Assembly: GCA_038087875.1 (NCBI GenBank)
Contig: CM075997.1
Span: forward strand, 2,420,001-2,484,000
Direction of reading: 5' to 3'
DNA length: 64,000 bases
Source: Malacoraja senta
Taxonomy: Eukaryota
Made by a program: the position numbers and the translations under genes. The notes beneath the pieces were generated by a model that did no database searches, had not been told where the DNA came from, and was given only the letters and a program-made list of their open reading frames with translations. This document shows, piece by piece, positions 13,219 to 25,761 of this stretch; position 1 is the first letter of the stretch, and each line of letters begins with the position of its first letter.

Positions 13219-14986
13219 CTGTGACTATTCTTGTGACATGAGTGGAGAACTTTGATCTGTCGGTCGTGAGATTGCTCGCCCATGGTATTGTGTTCTGTTT
13301 TTGGCTGTTGCCCCTGCACGTGGTCCTCTGTTGAACATTCTGCAGTTCCTTGCCTCAGTTTGAGCTACACCAAGAGGTGGCCTCAGCCTGCCCTGCCTTC
13401 CTCATCGAAGAGAATTACCCTGACACAGTCTCATTGACGTTAGAGCATCCTTGCTGAGAGCAACTTAGCTGCCTCATCTCCTACATGACAACACTGGTCA
13501 CATCTCAAAACCATCTAATTGTTTGCAAAGTGCTTTGGAATAGTCTGAAATTGTGAAAGGTAGTATCTTAGTGCAAGATTTGTTTTCTCATCGGAGCACG
13601 TTGCCAGGCAACACTTAGAAACTACGCTAATAACTATCCAGAAATTATACTTTAAATTATGAGTAAATGCATTGACTTTTATGCTCCCAGGCATGAGACA
13701 TGCTTGAGAGGAACCTTGTCCCAGATAAATCTACTGGCCTATTGTGCAGATGCTGTGAGTTCAACTCTCTTTGAACATGGCATCTTTGCCGGCAGCTTGT
13801 ACTCACAAAACCATCCAGTCTGTGCTCCAGTTCTCTTTCCCATCTCCTATCCATGGCTTGCCTTTCATACTGGGGCCCTTTCCAGAGTCATAGAGTCATA
13901 CATACAGCATGGAAATAGGCCTTCAGCCCAACTTGCCCAAGCCAGCAAAGATCCCCCATCTACACTTGTCCCACCTCCCTACATTTGGTCCATATCCTCT
14001 AAACCTTTCCTCCCCATGTAACTGTCCTAATGTCTCTTAAATATTGATATGGTATCTGCCTCAACTACCTCCTCTGGCTGCTCATTCTCAAGTCAAGTCA
14101 AGTTTATTCGTCACATACACATACGAGATGCGCAGTGAAATGAAATGCAGTTCCATATGCCCACCACCTTCTGTGTGAAAAAGTTGCCCCTCAGCTTCCT
14201 ATCATTAAACCTTTTCTCTCTCACCTTAAAGCTATGTCCTCTGGTTCTTGATTCCCTTCCTCTGGGCAAAAGACTCCATGCATCTTCCCTATTCATTTCC
14301 CTCATGATCTAATACACCTCAACAAGATCGCCCCTCAGCCTCCTGCGCTCCAAGGAATAAAGTCCTAGTTTGCTCAACCTCTCTCTCACCTTCGATACAT
14401 CTCTCTCTTCCTCTGAGGTACTGCTTAAAACTCTTTGACCAAACTTTGAATCATCAGCAATTATGAAACGAGAAACATGGTGAACCTTTCAGGACCGAGA
14501 CTCTTTGTCAGACCTGCAACGTCGACTTTGCTTCTCTCTTCACAGATGCTGCCCCAACGTGACAAATCTTTCCAGCATTCCCTGTTTTTATTTCAGAATT
14601 GCGGAATCTGCATTTCGTTTATTATAGATTTAGAATCACCAGTCCTAATAATCTTTATATGAGGCTCGGTCGTGGCATATTTAGTCTTACTGAGCTCTTG
14701 CCATACGGCTTGGCATCTTTTAAGGGTGCTAAACGCATGGTTGTTTTTGGTCTTTTCCCTTTGATGTCCAGACTGACAGCCTGGGCTTTTCCAACTCCTC
14801 TGCCTCTCATTCATTTGGGTGGAAATCGGGAATTAATTTCTAAGGGAATGAAAAACGGGCATATTGTCGACTGCTTCTCAAAAGTGCTTCTTGTTTATGA
14901 GTCAGTCAGTCAGCAGCTAGATGGAATGTCTCGGCAAGCAGCATGCAGGCAGGCAGGCGGCCTCTGGGACCAGCAGTCAACACCTA

Positions 14987-15793
<807 letters not shown>

Positions 15794-16134
15794 TCAGGGA
15801 TGAATAGTGAGCTGATATCACATTATTGTAGCTTCTCAATGAGGATGTTTGGTTTCGACAGATATTGATGTTAGTTCTGGAGGTTCGGTATGAAGATAGG
15901 ATTGGCTTCAGAGAACAGATCCTTTGCTTAGACCCATAAAATATTCTTTAACTCCAAGTTGAGATAATAAAAAATGTGACTTATTCCCATTATTAAACCA
16001 GCCCATCTTATGATGGTGACTTAGGAAAGAGTGTTATACATTTGGTAAGACTTGGCTAAACTCCATTTGGTGAGAGCCTCGCTCTATTATTCTCTCCAAG
16101 CAAGAGGATAGTGTCCGTCAGTTAACCCCTGTGT

Positions 16135-16697
16135 GTCTCACTTGCGGAGGTTCACTTGCACCTCATCTACTGTATCCGCTGTTCTAGGTGTCAACCTCCT
16201 GTTCATCGGCCAGACCAAGCGCAGGTTCGGCGATCGTTTCACTTAACACCTCCGCTCAGTCCGCCTTAACCTACCTGAACTCCCGGTTGCTCAGCACTTT
16301 AACTCCCCACTCCAATTCCCAATTTTACCTATCTGTCCTGGGCCTCCTCCATTGTCAATGTGAGGCCCAGCGCAAATTGGAGGAACAGCACCTCATATAA
16401 CGCTCGGGCAGCTTACACCCCAGCGGTATGAACATTGACTTCTCTAACTTCAAATAGCCCTTGCTTTCCCTCTCTCTCCATCCCCTCCCCCTTCCCAGTT
16501 CTCCAACCATTCTTACTGTCTCCGACTACATTCTATCTCTGTCCCACCCACTCCCCTGACATCAGTCTGAAGAAGGGTCCCGACCCAAAACTTCGCCCAT
16601 TCTTTCTCTCCAGAGATGCTGCCTGTCCCTCTGAGTTACTCCAGCATTTTGTGTCTACCTTCAATTCAAACCAGCATCTGCAGTTCTTTCCTACACA
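16135..16697 (+). mobile_element. Degraded Penelope-like 3' fragment (GIY-YIG + terminal repeat)
   Basis: SVLGLLHCQ...RKLEEQHLI motif followed by cagtctgaagaaggg...agagatgctgcc terminal repeat; boundaries approximate. Confidence 0.85.
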
Positions 16698-17409
16698 CCC
16701 TGTGTCACTCATATCTGCTTGCCATGTCTCAATGATTTTCAGGTCTGTCTCATAGTGTCTTCTTCCAGCCCACCCTAACAATCAGAGAAAGCACATTCCT
16801 AACAGGGGGTTTCAACATATTAATAAGTACCTCAAATTCAGATGCACATGTGTGTGGAAACTAAAATTAGCAGATGTAAAGTTTTGTTTTTCGAGAGATA
16901 CTGCATGGAAACAGGCTCTTCGGCCCACCGAGCCCATGCTGCCCATTGATCTCCCTTTCACACTTGTTCCATGTTATCCCACATTCTCAGCCACTCCCGA
17001 CATGCTTGGGGCAATTAACCTGACAAGTCGCACGTCTTTGGGATGTGGGAGGAATCAAGAGGAAGCTCACACAGTCAACATGTAAGCTTCACACAGACAG
17101 CACCTGAGGATAGGATCAAATTTGGGTGTCTAATGTGAGCTGTGAGGCAGCAGTTGTACACGCTACGCCACTGTGCCACCCAGGTTGAAAGACATTTGGG
17201 GGATATCCCTTCACCTGTAGGGGCTAGAATTGGATTTTGCTACAAGGTATTTTATTTAATTCACATGTTTAATCAATAATGTTTTATTATTAATGTTTAA
17301 TGTTTTATGTGTCATTCCCAACTGTCACTGTATGTCATGTTGTCACTTGCGGGCGGTGCACCAAGGCAAATTCCTTGTATGTGAATACTTGGCCAATAAA
17401 CCTATTCAT

Positions 17410-17801
17410 TCACTGGAGTTTAGAAGGATGAGGGGGTTTCTTATAGAAACATATAAAATTATAAAAGGACTGGACAAGCTAGATGCAGGAAAAATGTTCC
17501 CAATGTTGGGCGAGTCCAGAACCAGGGGCCACTGTCTTAGAGTAATGGGGAGGTCATTTAAGACTGAGGTGAGAAAAAACGTTTTCACCCAGCGAGTTGT
17601 GAATTTATGGAATTCCGTGCCACAGAGGGCAGTGGAGGCTAAGTCACTGGATGGATTTAAGAGAGAGTTAGACAGAGCTCTAGGGGCTAGTTGAGTCAAG
17701 GGATATGGGGAGAAGGCACGATCAGCCATGATCACAATGAATGGCGGTGCTGGCTCGAAGGGCCGAATGGCCTCCTCCTGCACCTATTTCCTATGTTTCT
17801 A
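17410..17801 (+). mobile_element. CR1 LINE 3' fragment
   Basis: SLEFRRMRG...RVVNLWNS; CR1 3' UTR. Confidence 0.9.
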
Positions 17802-17990
17802 TTCATTCATTCAGAGGGGCGTTTAGATAAATAGCATGGAAGAATTTAACGGGAAGCTTGGAAAACACATGACAAAGGAATATAAAGTTATATGAAAAGG
17901 GATGAGAGGAGGCTTGTGCAGAGCTTAAACTAACGGCATGAACTATACAAACTAACTGGCTGGTTACAGTAGTTTTAAGTACAGCATAGC

Positions 17991-18373
17991 TTTGTTGACC
18001 TCCCAGCGGAGCGAGATGTACGTCGGGGAATGTTGTCGACCAGCCCGCTGCAGACTGCAGGAGTACGTGCTGAGGGACGCACTGAAGCTCGGTGCAGCCA
18101 ACGCCAAGGCTCGGTGGGGGAGGGCCACAGTCTAGGGTCCTTCCGCTGCTGGACATGGGGGCAGGGTGTGGTGGAGACGCCCCTCAAACAAGGGAAGGGA
18201 TTCCACGCCAGTGGGCCACATGAATGGCAAGGGTGGGGGATAAACCTGTGTAATTTGTGTAAACGGTATTGAATATATGTATAGCCTCCGAGAATGTTGG
18301 ATGGAGTCTTGTAAGGATCATGTATTGGATATGTTTATTTCCCGAATAAAGTGTATATTTTGAAATAAAAAAT
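17991..18373 (+). mobile_element. Probable L1/Tx1-clade LINE 3' fragment
   Basis: ECCR...LQEYVLRDALKLGAANAKARWG C-terminus (clade recalled from memory), followed by aataaa and an A-rich end. Confidence 0.6.
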
Positions 18374-19706
18374 AATAGATGCAACACTGACAATGCATGG
18401 AGTGTACTGATGATCAGATACTCAAGTGTTTAGACGGGTCAAATAGGAAGCAGGTACACACATGGAGATCAGCTGCAGTGATTTAAAGAGTAAAAGTTGT
18501 AATTGTAGATTATTAATTTAATAATTCTCCTGGAGAACTATTGTGTTCATGTTTGTCTGATTGGATTGATCAATGGTCCACAACACAAACTCTTCCATGT
18601 ACAGCTATTGCATTGTTAAGATGAACATTCAGAAACCGTGTCCTGTTAATACGTTATTCAGAGTTTAAAGCTAATAAATTCATAAGCGATATGAGTAGAA
18701 TTGGGCCATTCGACCCATCAAGTCTACTCCGCCATTCAATCATGGCTGGTCTATCTCTCCCTCCTAACCCCATTCTCCTGCCTTCTCCCCATAAACCCGA
18801 CACCCATACTAATCAAAAATCTATCTTTCTCTGCCTTAAAAATATCCATTGACTTGGCCTCCACAGCCTTCAGTGAAGCCTAAGTAAGATGAGTGTGGAG
18901 GGACTGGTTGATACTCAAGGTTACTTGTGGTGTGTTGTCTGTATGTCTACACCAGCAGGAATATTAATCAGAGCGTTCTAACTAGATGCTTAAACCCAGC
19001 TGGACTGGAGCGAGACTGGTGCCTATTTCACCCACTGGCGTTTTCCACGGGATCTTTAGACGTGTACTGTGATTTTAAAGAAGGTTCCTCCTGGCAGTCT
19101 TCCTGCTCAAGGCAATGGGCCACACGGGCTGCCTGGTCCTACAGTACTGGCAGTGTGTAATGAGCTGGGGTGGCAGAGAACCCAAAGTATCTTCAGCATC
19201 AACAAACTTGGAAAGAAGGAGGTGGTGTTGGGAGCAGGAATGGAGTGGTGAATGAAAGGGCAGACGGGAACGTAAATAATATGAGCATCCATGTCATACT
19301 GCTTCAGATCAAGGGACTTCCCAGTTTCTTCCCAGGCGACTGAACCGTCCTCTCGCCAGCTAGAGAGCGGTCCTGACCTCCCATCTACCTCATTGGAGAC
19401 CTTCAAACTATCTTTAAGTGGACATTTCTGGGCTATATCTTGCACTAAACATTATACCTCTTCATCCTGTATCTGCACTCTGTGAATGGCTTAATGTAAT
19501 AATGTGTAGTCTTATTGTTGACTGGATAACAATAATAACATGACAATAATAAACTAAACTTTCCTCGGGTCTTTTGTTCTTTACATAATTGTTTTGGAGC
19601 TAAGACCCCCATCCTTTATACAACTACCCCCCCCTCTTACCCAATCTGCCAATTTCTCCGAAAATCCAAGAATCCTGAATATTCTGTTCCCAACCAAAGT
19701 CCCTTA

Positions 19707-20024
19707 AGGGCCTGTCCCACTGTACGAGGTAATTCAAGAGCTCTCCCGAGTAAACAAAATTAATCAAACTCGTGGTAAGCACGTAGAATGTACGTAGCGG
19801 GTACGTCGGAGCTCGGGACGTCTCTTAGCGGCTCGTAACGCTAACGGCAGGTACTCGGGAAATGCGGTAAGCTCGTGAAGACCGGTGAAGATTTTTCAAC
19901 CTGTTGAAAAATGTCCACGAGAGCCCCGAGTACCTACGAGCGGCTATTACCGTAATTCTCCGAGTTCGAATCAGGGGAAACCCGGGAGAACTCTTGAATT
20001 AGCTCGTACAGTGGGACAGGCCCT
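19707..20024. mobile_element. PIF/Harbinger-type MITE
   Basis: TIR agggcctgtcccactgtacgag; TTA TSD; same subfamily as 28976 and 46986. Confidence 0.9.
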
Positions 20025-20194
20025 TTACAACCAAGTCCCAAGAACAGCTATAAGATCAACTATCCAACATTTCATAGTCTTGTTCTTTCCTTTGGTGCCT
20101 TTACCTCTCTGCCTTATACATTTGTGAACATCTCTGTGTATCTCCTGACAAAGACAGAATCTTTTTACCCAAACAAATTACTTAATTTGCATCA

Positions 20195-20368
20195 GGTAGA
20201 CAAAAATGCTGGAGAAACTCAGCGAGTGCGGCAGCATCTATGGAGCGAAGGAAATAGGCAACGTTTCGTCCCGAAACGTTGCCTATTTCCTTCGCTCCAT
20301 TGATGCTGAGTTTCTCCAGCACTTTTGTCTACCTTCGATTTTCCAGCATCTGCAGTTCCTTCTTAAAC
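20195..20368. mobile_element. Palindromic Penelope-derived insertion
   Basis: ggtagacaaaaatgctggag...aacgtttcg / cgaaacgtt...ttgtctacc inverted arms; possible acttaattt TSD. Confidence 0.8.
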
Positions 20369-20544
20369 ACTTAATTTTCCTTTTGAACATGGCCTCCCCT
20401 GAACCCATCTGTCTGCCCTCTTCATTAATGTTTACTACTCCTGTTTGAAGATGACATCTGCAAAATTAGCAGTGTTGCCTGAAGGCAGCGTCACCAAGAA
20501 TTCTTCAGCAACCACATAAATAACCCTTCACCTGGACTGAAAAA

Positions 20545-21152
20545 TCCCACGTACCACCCCCTCCCCATGCACCTCCCCTTGCAACCGCAAGAAATGCTAC
20601 ACTTGTCGCTTTACCTCCCCCCTCGACTCCATTCAAGGACCCAAGCAGTCGTTCCAGGTGCGGCAGAGGTTCACCTGCACCTCCTCCAACCTCATCTATT
20701 ATATCCGCTGCTCTAGATGTCAGCTGATCTACATCGGTGAGACCAAGCGTGGGCTTGGCGATCGCTTCGCCGAACACTTCAGCTCGGTCTGCATTAACCA
20801 ACCTGACCTCCCGGTGGCTCAGCACTTCAACTCTCCCTCCCATTCCGAATCCGACCTTTCTGTCCTGGGCCTCCTCCATGGCCAGAGTGAGGACCACCGG
20901 AAATTGGAGGAGCAGCACCTCATATTCCGCTTGGGCAGTTTGCACCCCAGCAGTATGAACATTGACGTCTCTAATTTCAGGTAGCCCTAACTGTCTCCTC
21001 CCCTTCTCAGCTCTCCTTCAGCCCTCTGGCTCCTCCTCTTCCTTTCTTCTTCCTGCCCCCCCCCACCCTACATCAGTCTGAAACGTTGCCTATTTCCTTC
21101 GCTCCATAGATGCTGCCGCACCCGCTGAGTTTCTCAAGCATTTTTATCTACC
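20545..21152 (+). mobile_element. Penelope-like element 3' fragment (GIY-YIG domain + 3' UTR)
   Basis: ORF 20658-20984 RQRFTCTSSNLIYYIRCSRCQLIYIGETKR is similar to the C-terminus of the 44912-46270 ORF; boundaries approximate. Confidence 0.9.
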
Positions 21153-21472
21153 TCTGAAAAATCAATTGTCCATTTCCTCAACAGATGCTGCCAGTTTCGC
21201 TTATACCTGGTGTAGTCATCTAACACTGACCTGGCTGTCCCACAGGAACTTGGCAACACGTTTTTAGTTCTGTTTTAACCATGGAGACTGGGGAACCCGA
21301 GACAATTAATAGAGATGTCTTGATGACAATCCATATTACGGTCAAGGAGGTGTTGGCCATCCTTTGAAGGCAGATAAATCTGCCAGGCCTGATCAGGTTA
21401 TTCCATGGAACTCTAGCCCTTGTATGGCCTCCTTTCTCTTTCCCTCATCTTCTGTGCCTTGTCCAAGTTCCC

Positions 21473-21473
<1 letters not shown>

Positions 21474-21510
<37 letters not shown>

Positions 21511-21540
21511 TGTGTCCATGTCTCTCTCTCTCTCGCTCTC
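21474..21540. repeat. (TG)n followed by (TC)n microsatellite
   Basis: Read directly. Confidence 0.95.
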
Positions 21541-21895
21541 TTCTCTGATGTTGGACGAGACAACCTGCCTAGTAAACAGCAGGGGGAGCTCTACCTGATT
21601 CCTGCCACGATATGGAGCAGAGGGCAAGTATTTTCAGCATCTGCCCTGCCCTTTGTTCCTGTACCTGAACAAATCAGCACAGGCTTGGGACCAACACCAA
21701 GCATTTGATCTGCATGGCCTGGCACCACGAGGAGGGTTTATTTACCCATTGAACTCATTGTTCTTCATTTGAGTTTTCACACACGTCGAGTTACACCCTT
21801 TGGTCTAAGCAATGCTAAGGTGGGCACTTTTTAACTTGGTCTCATCATCCATTTTCTCCACCCAGGTATGTCGTGAGTCTCTGAATTGCACTCAC

Positions 21896-21944
21896 CTCCC
21901 TGCTCATCCAGCATGACCAGAGTCCTGATCCCGGCATCTTTGCT
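21896..21944 (-). CDS. snap25: SNAP-25 exon 4 (49 nt): SKDAGIRTLVMLDEQG
   Basis: aaacag acceptor, gtgagt donor; phase-1 end (G) joins the AG of exon 5 to give Glu. Confidence 0.97.
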
Positions 21945-22245
21945 CTGTTTGAGGTGAGAAGAAAAGAGAACGTGAGCGATAAAATGGGAATCAATTGGAA
22001 TAAAATGGGATACTAAAACCGCCAACAAATCGAAAATCCAATCCCGTTTGTAATCGGCTTCAGAGATACACCTAGAATAATGTCCTGAATTAACACAGAT
22101 CAATTATAATAATTAAAACAATTACATATATGCATTAGTTGTGGAGGTTTAACTCAAACGTCACTTAGTTTCTGCAACCTATCCCACAACATGACATGTG
22201 CTGTACAAATTAGATTCAGGCTAGATTAAGTCTATTTAGAACATC

Positions 22246-22546
22246 GGTACGGTGGTGTAGGAGTAGTGTTGCTGCCTTACAGCACCAGAGACCCAGGTTC
22301 GATCCTGACTCCGGGTGTATGAAGTTTGTACGTTCTCCCCGTGACCTGCGTGGGTTTTCTCCGAGATCTTCGGTTTCCTCCCACACTTCAAAGACGTACA
22401 TGTTTGTAGCTTAATTGGCTTGGTATAAAGGTGAAATTGTCCCAGGTGTGTGTAGGGTGGTGTTAATGTGCGGGGATCGCTGGTCGGTGCAGACTCGGTG
22501 GGCCGAAGGGCCTGTTTCCGCGTTGTATCTCTAAACTAAACTAAAC
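22246..22546 (+). mobile_element. V-SINE (HE1-like), full length
   Basis: A/B boxes, V-domain, CR1-like tail, (ctaaa)n end. Confidence 0.9.
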
Positions 22547-22884
22547 ATCAGATGATTCTCACCAGCAATGTCCTCTTGATAATACAGTTACACTAATTCT
22601 CATCTAATTCTACACCACGAGAAACCACCTGAAACTAGGTAAGGACTGAAAATGTAATCTATTTTATTTTATAAATATTTATGTGCAAACTTTGGAAGGA
22701 GCATGTATGGAATTTAAGCTGCAATAATGTATTTCTTGTTATCACGTTATCTTTCAGACCTCAAGTACGATGATTTAATTTCAGATACTTGACTTAATTT
22801 CAGATACTTAACAGAGTCTCTGCAGTCTATATAAGATGATCCTACCTTGGCACTAACTATATATTTGCTTTTGGACCTGCTTTA

Positions 22885-23536
22885 AGGGCCTGTCCCACTT
22901 GGCCGTCATTCGCACGCCATTTACGCGACCTGCTAGCGTGTGGGTAGCGTGTGGGTAGCGCAGAACGGGTGCATGGAGGGGTGTGGAGGAGTGCGGAATG
23001 GCGTGGAGGAGTGTAGACTTCGTCCTGCACAAAATCTTCGCACGCCACCGGCCTGTCGCGTAACTGACGGCCAAAGTGGGACAGGCCCAAGACCCTGGCG
23101 CGGCGCAACGTCTCACCTCCAACAGCAGCAGAAGCAGGCAAACGATCGGCGAGCTCGGCCTGGGGCTCACGGCCGTTGCGGATCCGGATCCGTCCGCACT
23201 CCTACTCCCAGAGCGGGGCCAAGACGATTGGAGATAGACACAAAATGCTGGAGTAACTCAGCGGGACAGGCAGCATCTCTGGAGAGAAGCAATGGGTGAC
23301 GTTTCGTGTCGAGACCCTTATTCAGACTGAAGAAGAGTCTCGACCCGAAACATCATCCATTCCTTCTCTCCAGAGATGCTGCCGGTCCCGCTGAGTTACT
23401 CCAGCATTTTGTGTCTATCTTCAAATGACGTCACGCACTCCAGACGGCTGTGCGGATGCATGATGACGCGCGTGACCATCGTGCATCAGTCTTTACCAGC
23501 CTGTCGCGTAAATGACGGCCAAGTGGGACAGGCCCT
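22885..23536. mobile_element. PIF/Harbinger-type MITE carrying an internal hammerhead palindrome
   Basis: TIR agggcctgtcccacttggccgtcatt; TTA TSD; extra internal TIR copy at about 23065-23088; Penelope-derived palindrome at about 23232-23422. Confidence 0.9.
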
Positions 23537-23971
23537 TTACATACACCCAAAGAGTGCCAAAGATGGTCCTTGCAGGGTTTCAACTTTCAACACATAGTAA
23601 ACACGTACAAGGAGAAACACAGGGCCTACTGTATATACTGCCATAAGCAAACACAGACCAGAGTAACTGCAGTCGTAAGTAAGCACCGTCCAGAGTAGAC
23701 AAAGATCCAGATAAATATCAAACCAAGGAACTACAAACTTGAGTAAACACTGCTTGACGAAACAGATCAGGTTATCCATGAAGCAAGAATAATGGACAAG
23801 GGGCAAGTTATACACAAAGCAAAAATAGCTGAGACCAAGGGAAATGAAACCAAAGTGAAACTAATCCAAAAGCAAACCATTGCAATGCTAGAAATCTGAA
23901 GCGAAAACATAAAATATATGAAGTATATGGCGGCATCTGTGGAGAGGGAAACAAAGGTCAGGTTTTGGGTT

Positions 23972-24113
23972 CTTCTACTTCTTCTTTCGTGTGGCGTGCA
24001 CAGCCTAAAGTTGTAGGACAACTTGTTCTATTTGATCTTCTGTTTGTGCACGTCGAGTTGATTGCATTAGTCGAAACAGGGCGGACCACGTGAAGGTTGC
24101 AATCTCCCACCCC
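23972..24113 (-). mobile_element. Short retroposon headed by an HDV-like ribozyme, copy A (intact)
   Basis: 12-bp TSD aggttttgggtt (23960-23971 and 24114-24125), (GAA)n-type tail, three similar copies elsewhere in the window. Confidence 0.9.
24060..24113 (-). ncRNA. Predicted minimal HDV-like self-cleaving ribozyme (54 nt), sense to the snap25 pre-mRNA
   Basis: P1 GGGGUGG/CCGCCCU with G1-U wobble; P2 GAUUGCA/UGCAAUC; P3 ACC/GGU; L3 UUCACGU; minimal P4 (UUCG loop); J4/2 ACUAA with the catalytic-position C. Confidence 0.85.
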
Positions 24114-24444
24114 AGGTTTTGGGTTGATGACCTTTTATTGAAATGGAACTTATTCTTCAGCTGACGAACAGACAAAATATCTGTGAGTCCTCTTCTAATG
24201 TACGACTCCATTACAAGCTTGAGATGAATCAAATACATAGTTTACATAGTTAGTAGATCTGTGAGAATAAACAACCTCTTTCCATCTTGAGTTTCTACTG
24301 CAGCTTTCTACTAGATATCACACAAGGAATTGTGTCTATAGTAAACAGAAAGCTTCTTCAAATATTGGTTTGGCCTCATTGAAACATTGGTTCTCCAGGC
24401 CTGATATCAATCCTCCTAGTCAGCCTCACCCAGTAATTTTCAGT

Positions 24445-24472
24445 CTGAAGAAGGGTCTCGACCCGAAACGTC
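24445..24472 (+). ncRNA. Minimal hammerhead ribozyme motif (Penelope-type)
   Basis: CUGAAGA-A-GGGU(CUCG)ACCC-GAAA-C-GUC; palindromic ACGU in place of helix III. Confidence 0.75.
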
Positions 24473-25761
24473 ACCCATTCCTTCTCTCCAGAGATGCTGC
24501 CTGACCCGCTGAGTTACTCCAGCACTCTGTGAAACATCACCTATCCATGTTCCCCACAGATGCTGCCCGACCCGCTGAGTTACTCCAGCTTTTTCAAGAT
24601 TCAAGATATTCAAGAGAATATCCCAGATAGGACAATGACTTTCTTGCTTTGCTTCAGCGCAACAGAATATAGTAGACATGAATACAGAACAGAGCAGTGT
24701 GTCCATATACCATTATATAAATATATACATTTTGTGTCTATCTTCGGTTTAAACCAGCATCTGCAGTTCCTTCCTACACAATTTTCAAGCTATTTCAGGA
24801 ATGCTTCCCTTAATTACCCATCTCCTATCAGCAAGAAAGACAGCAAGAATGGATATAATATAAAGGAAGGTACACAAAAATGCTGGAGAAACTCAGGATA
24901 ACTCAGAAACTATAATATAAAGGAACTGCAGATGCTGGTATATGCCAAAGATAAGACACAAAATGCTGGAGTAACTCAGCAGGTTAGGCAGCATCAGGAG
25001 ATGACTGACTAAGTGGGTTTCCTCCGGGTGCTCTGCTTTCCTCCCACACTCCAAAGATGTACAGGTTTGCAGGTAAAAATAATAAATAGTCCAGAGTGTG
25101 TAGGATAGTGCTGGCCGACATGGACTCAGTGGGCCAAAGGTAGACTGAAGAGGGGTCTCAACCCGAAACGTCACCCATTCTTTCAAATATTGGTTTGGCC
25201 TCATTGAAACTGGTTCTCCAGTCCTGATATCAATCCTCCTAATCAGCCTCACCCAGTAATTTTCAGTCTGAAGAACGGTCTCGACCCGAAACGTCACCCA
25301 TTCCATCTCTCCAGAGATGCTGCCTGTCCCGCTGAGTTACTCCAGCGTTTTGTGTCTATCTTCGGTTTAAACCACAGTTGGCCAAAGGGTCTGTTTCCAC
25401 GCTGTCTAATATGATCCTACAAGTGTGTGATTCAAAGAGGACTTACAGCATTTTCTGCTCTATTTCAGTGCTTGCGCATTTTGGGTTTGTTTTTTGTAAA
25501 GTGTGGTGCTTTTGTCGAAGCACCTGCAGTGATAAATGCTGCAGTGCTCGCTGCAGGAGTGGCGACACCAGGTCTCCACGTCTCTGCTGCAACACTGCAG
25601 GTCTGTGCTGCAATACCGGTGTCTGCCTTTACACTGAAGAGTGGATCTGCGGCTGTGTGAGACGAGGAGGAATAGCTCGCACAGCCTGGGGAATTTATAC
25701 AAAGGGTTTCAACGCATTTAACGATAACCCTTCAATTCTGCGGCAATGAAAACAATGATGA

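Noticed and set aside
14691..14839. Possible second exon 5 or poison exon (cccttag acceptor, gtaaga donor, 149 nt)
   Set aside because: No similarity to exon 5, immediate stop in phase, and several AGs between the candidate branch points and the acceptor; no supporting evidence
16566..16595. Degenerate hammerhead copies (also near 29568, 44016, 47478, 62610)
   Set aside because: Mutations in the CUGANGA or GAAA core or helix II; not called as ribozymes
22246..22320. tRNA genes at SINE heads (A/B boxes)
   Set aside because: They continue directly into the V-domain and LINE-like tail, so they are SINE heads rather than tRNAs
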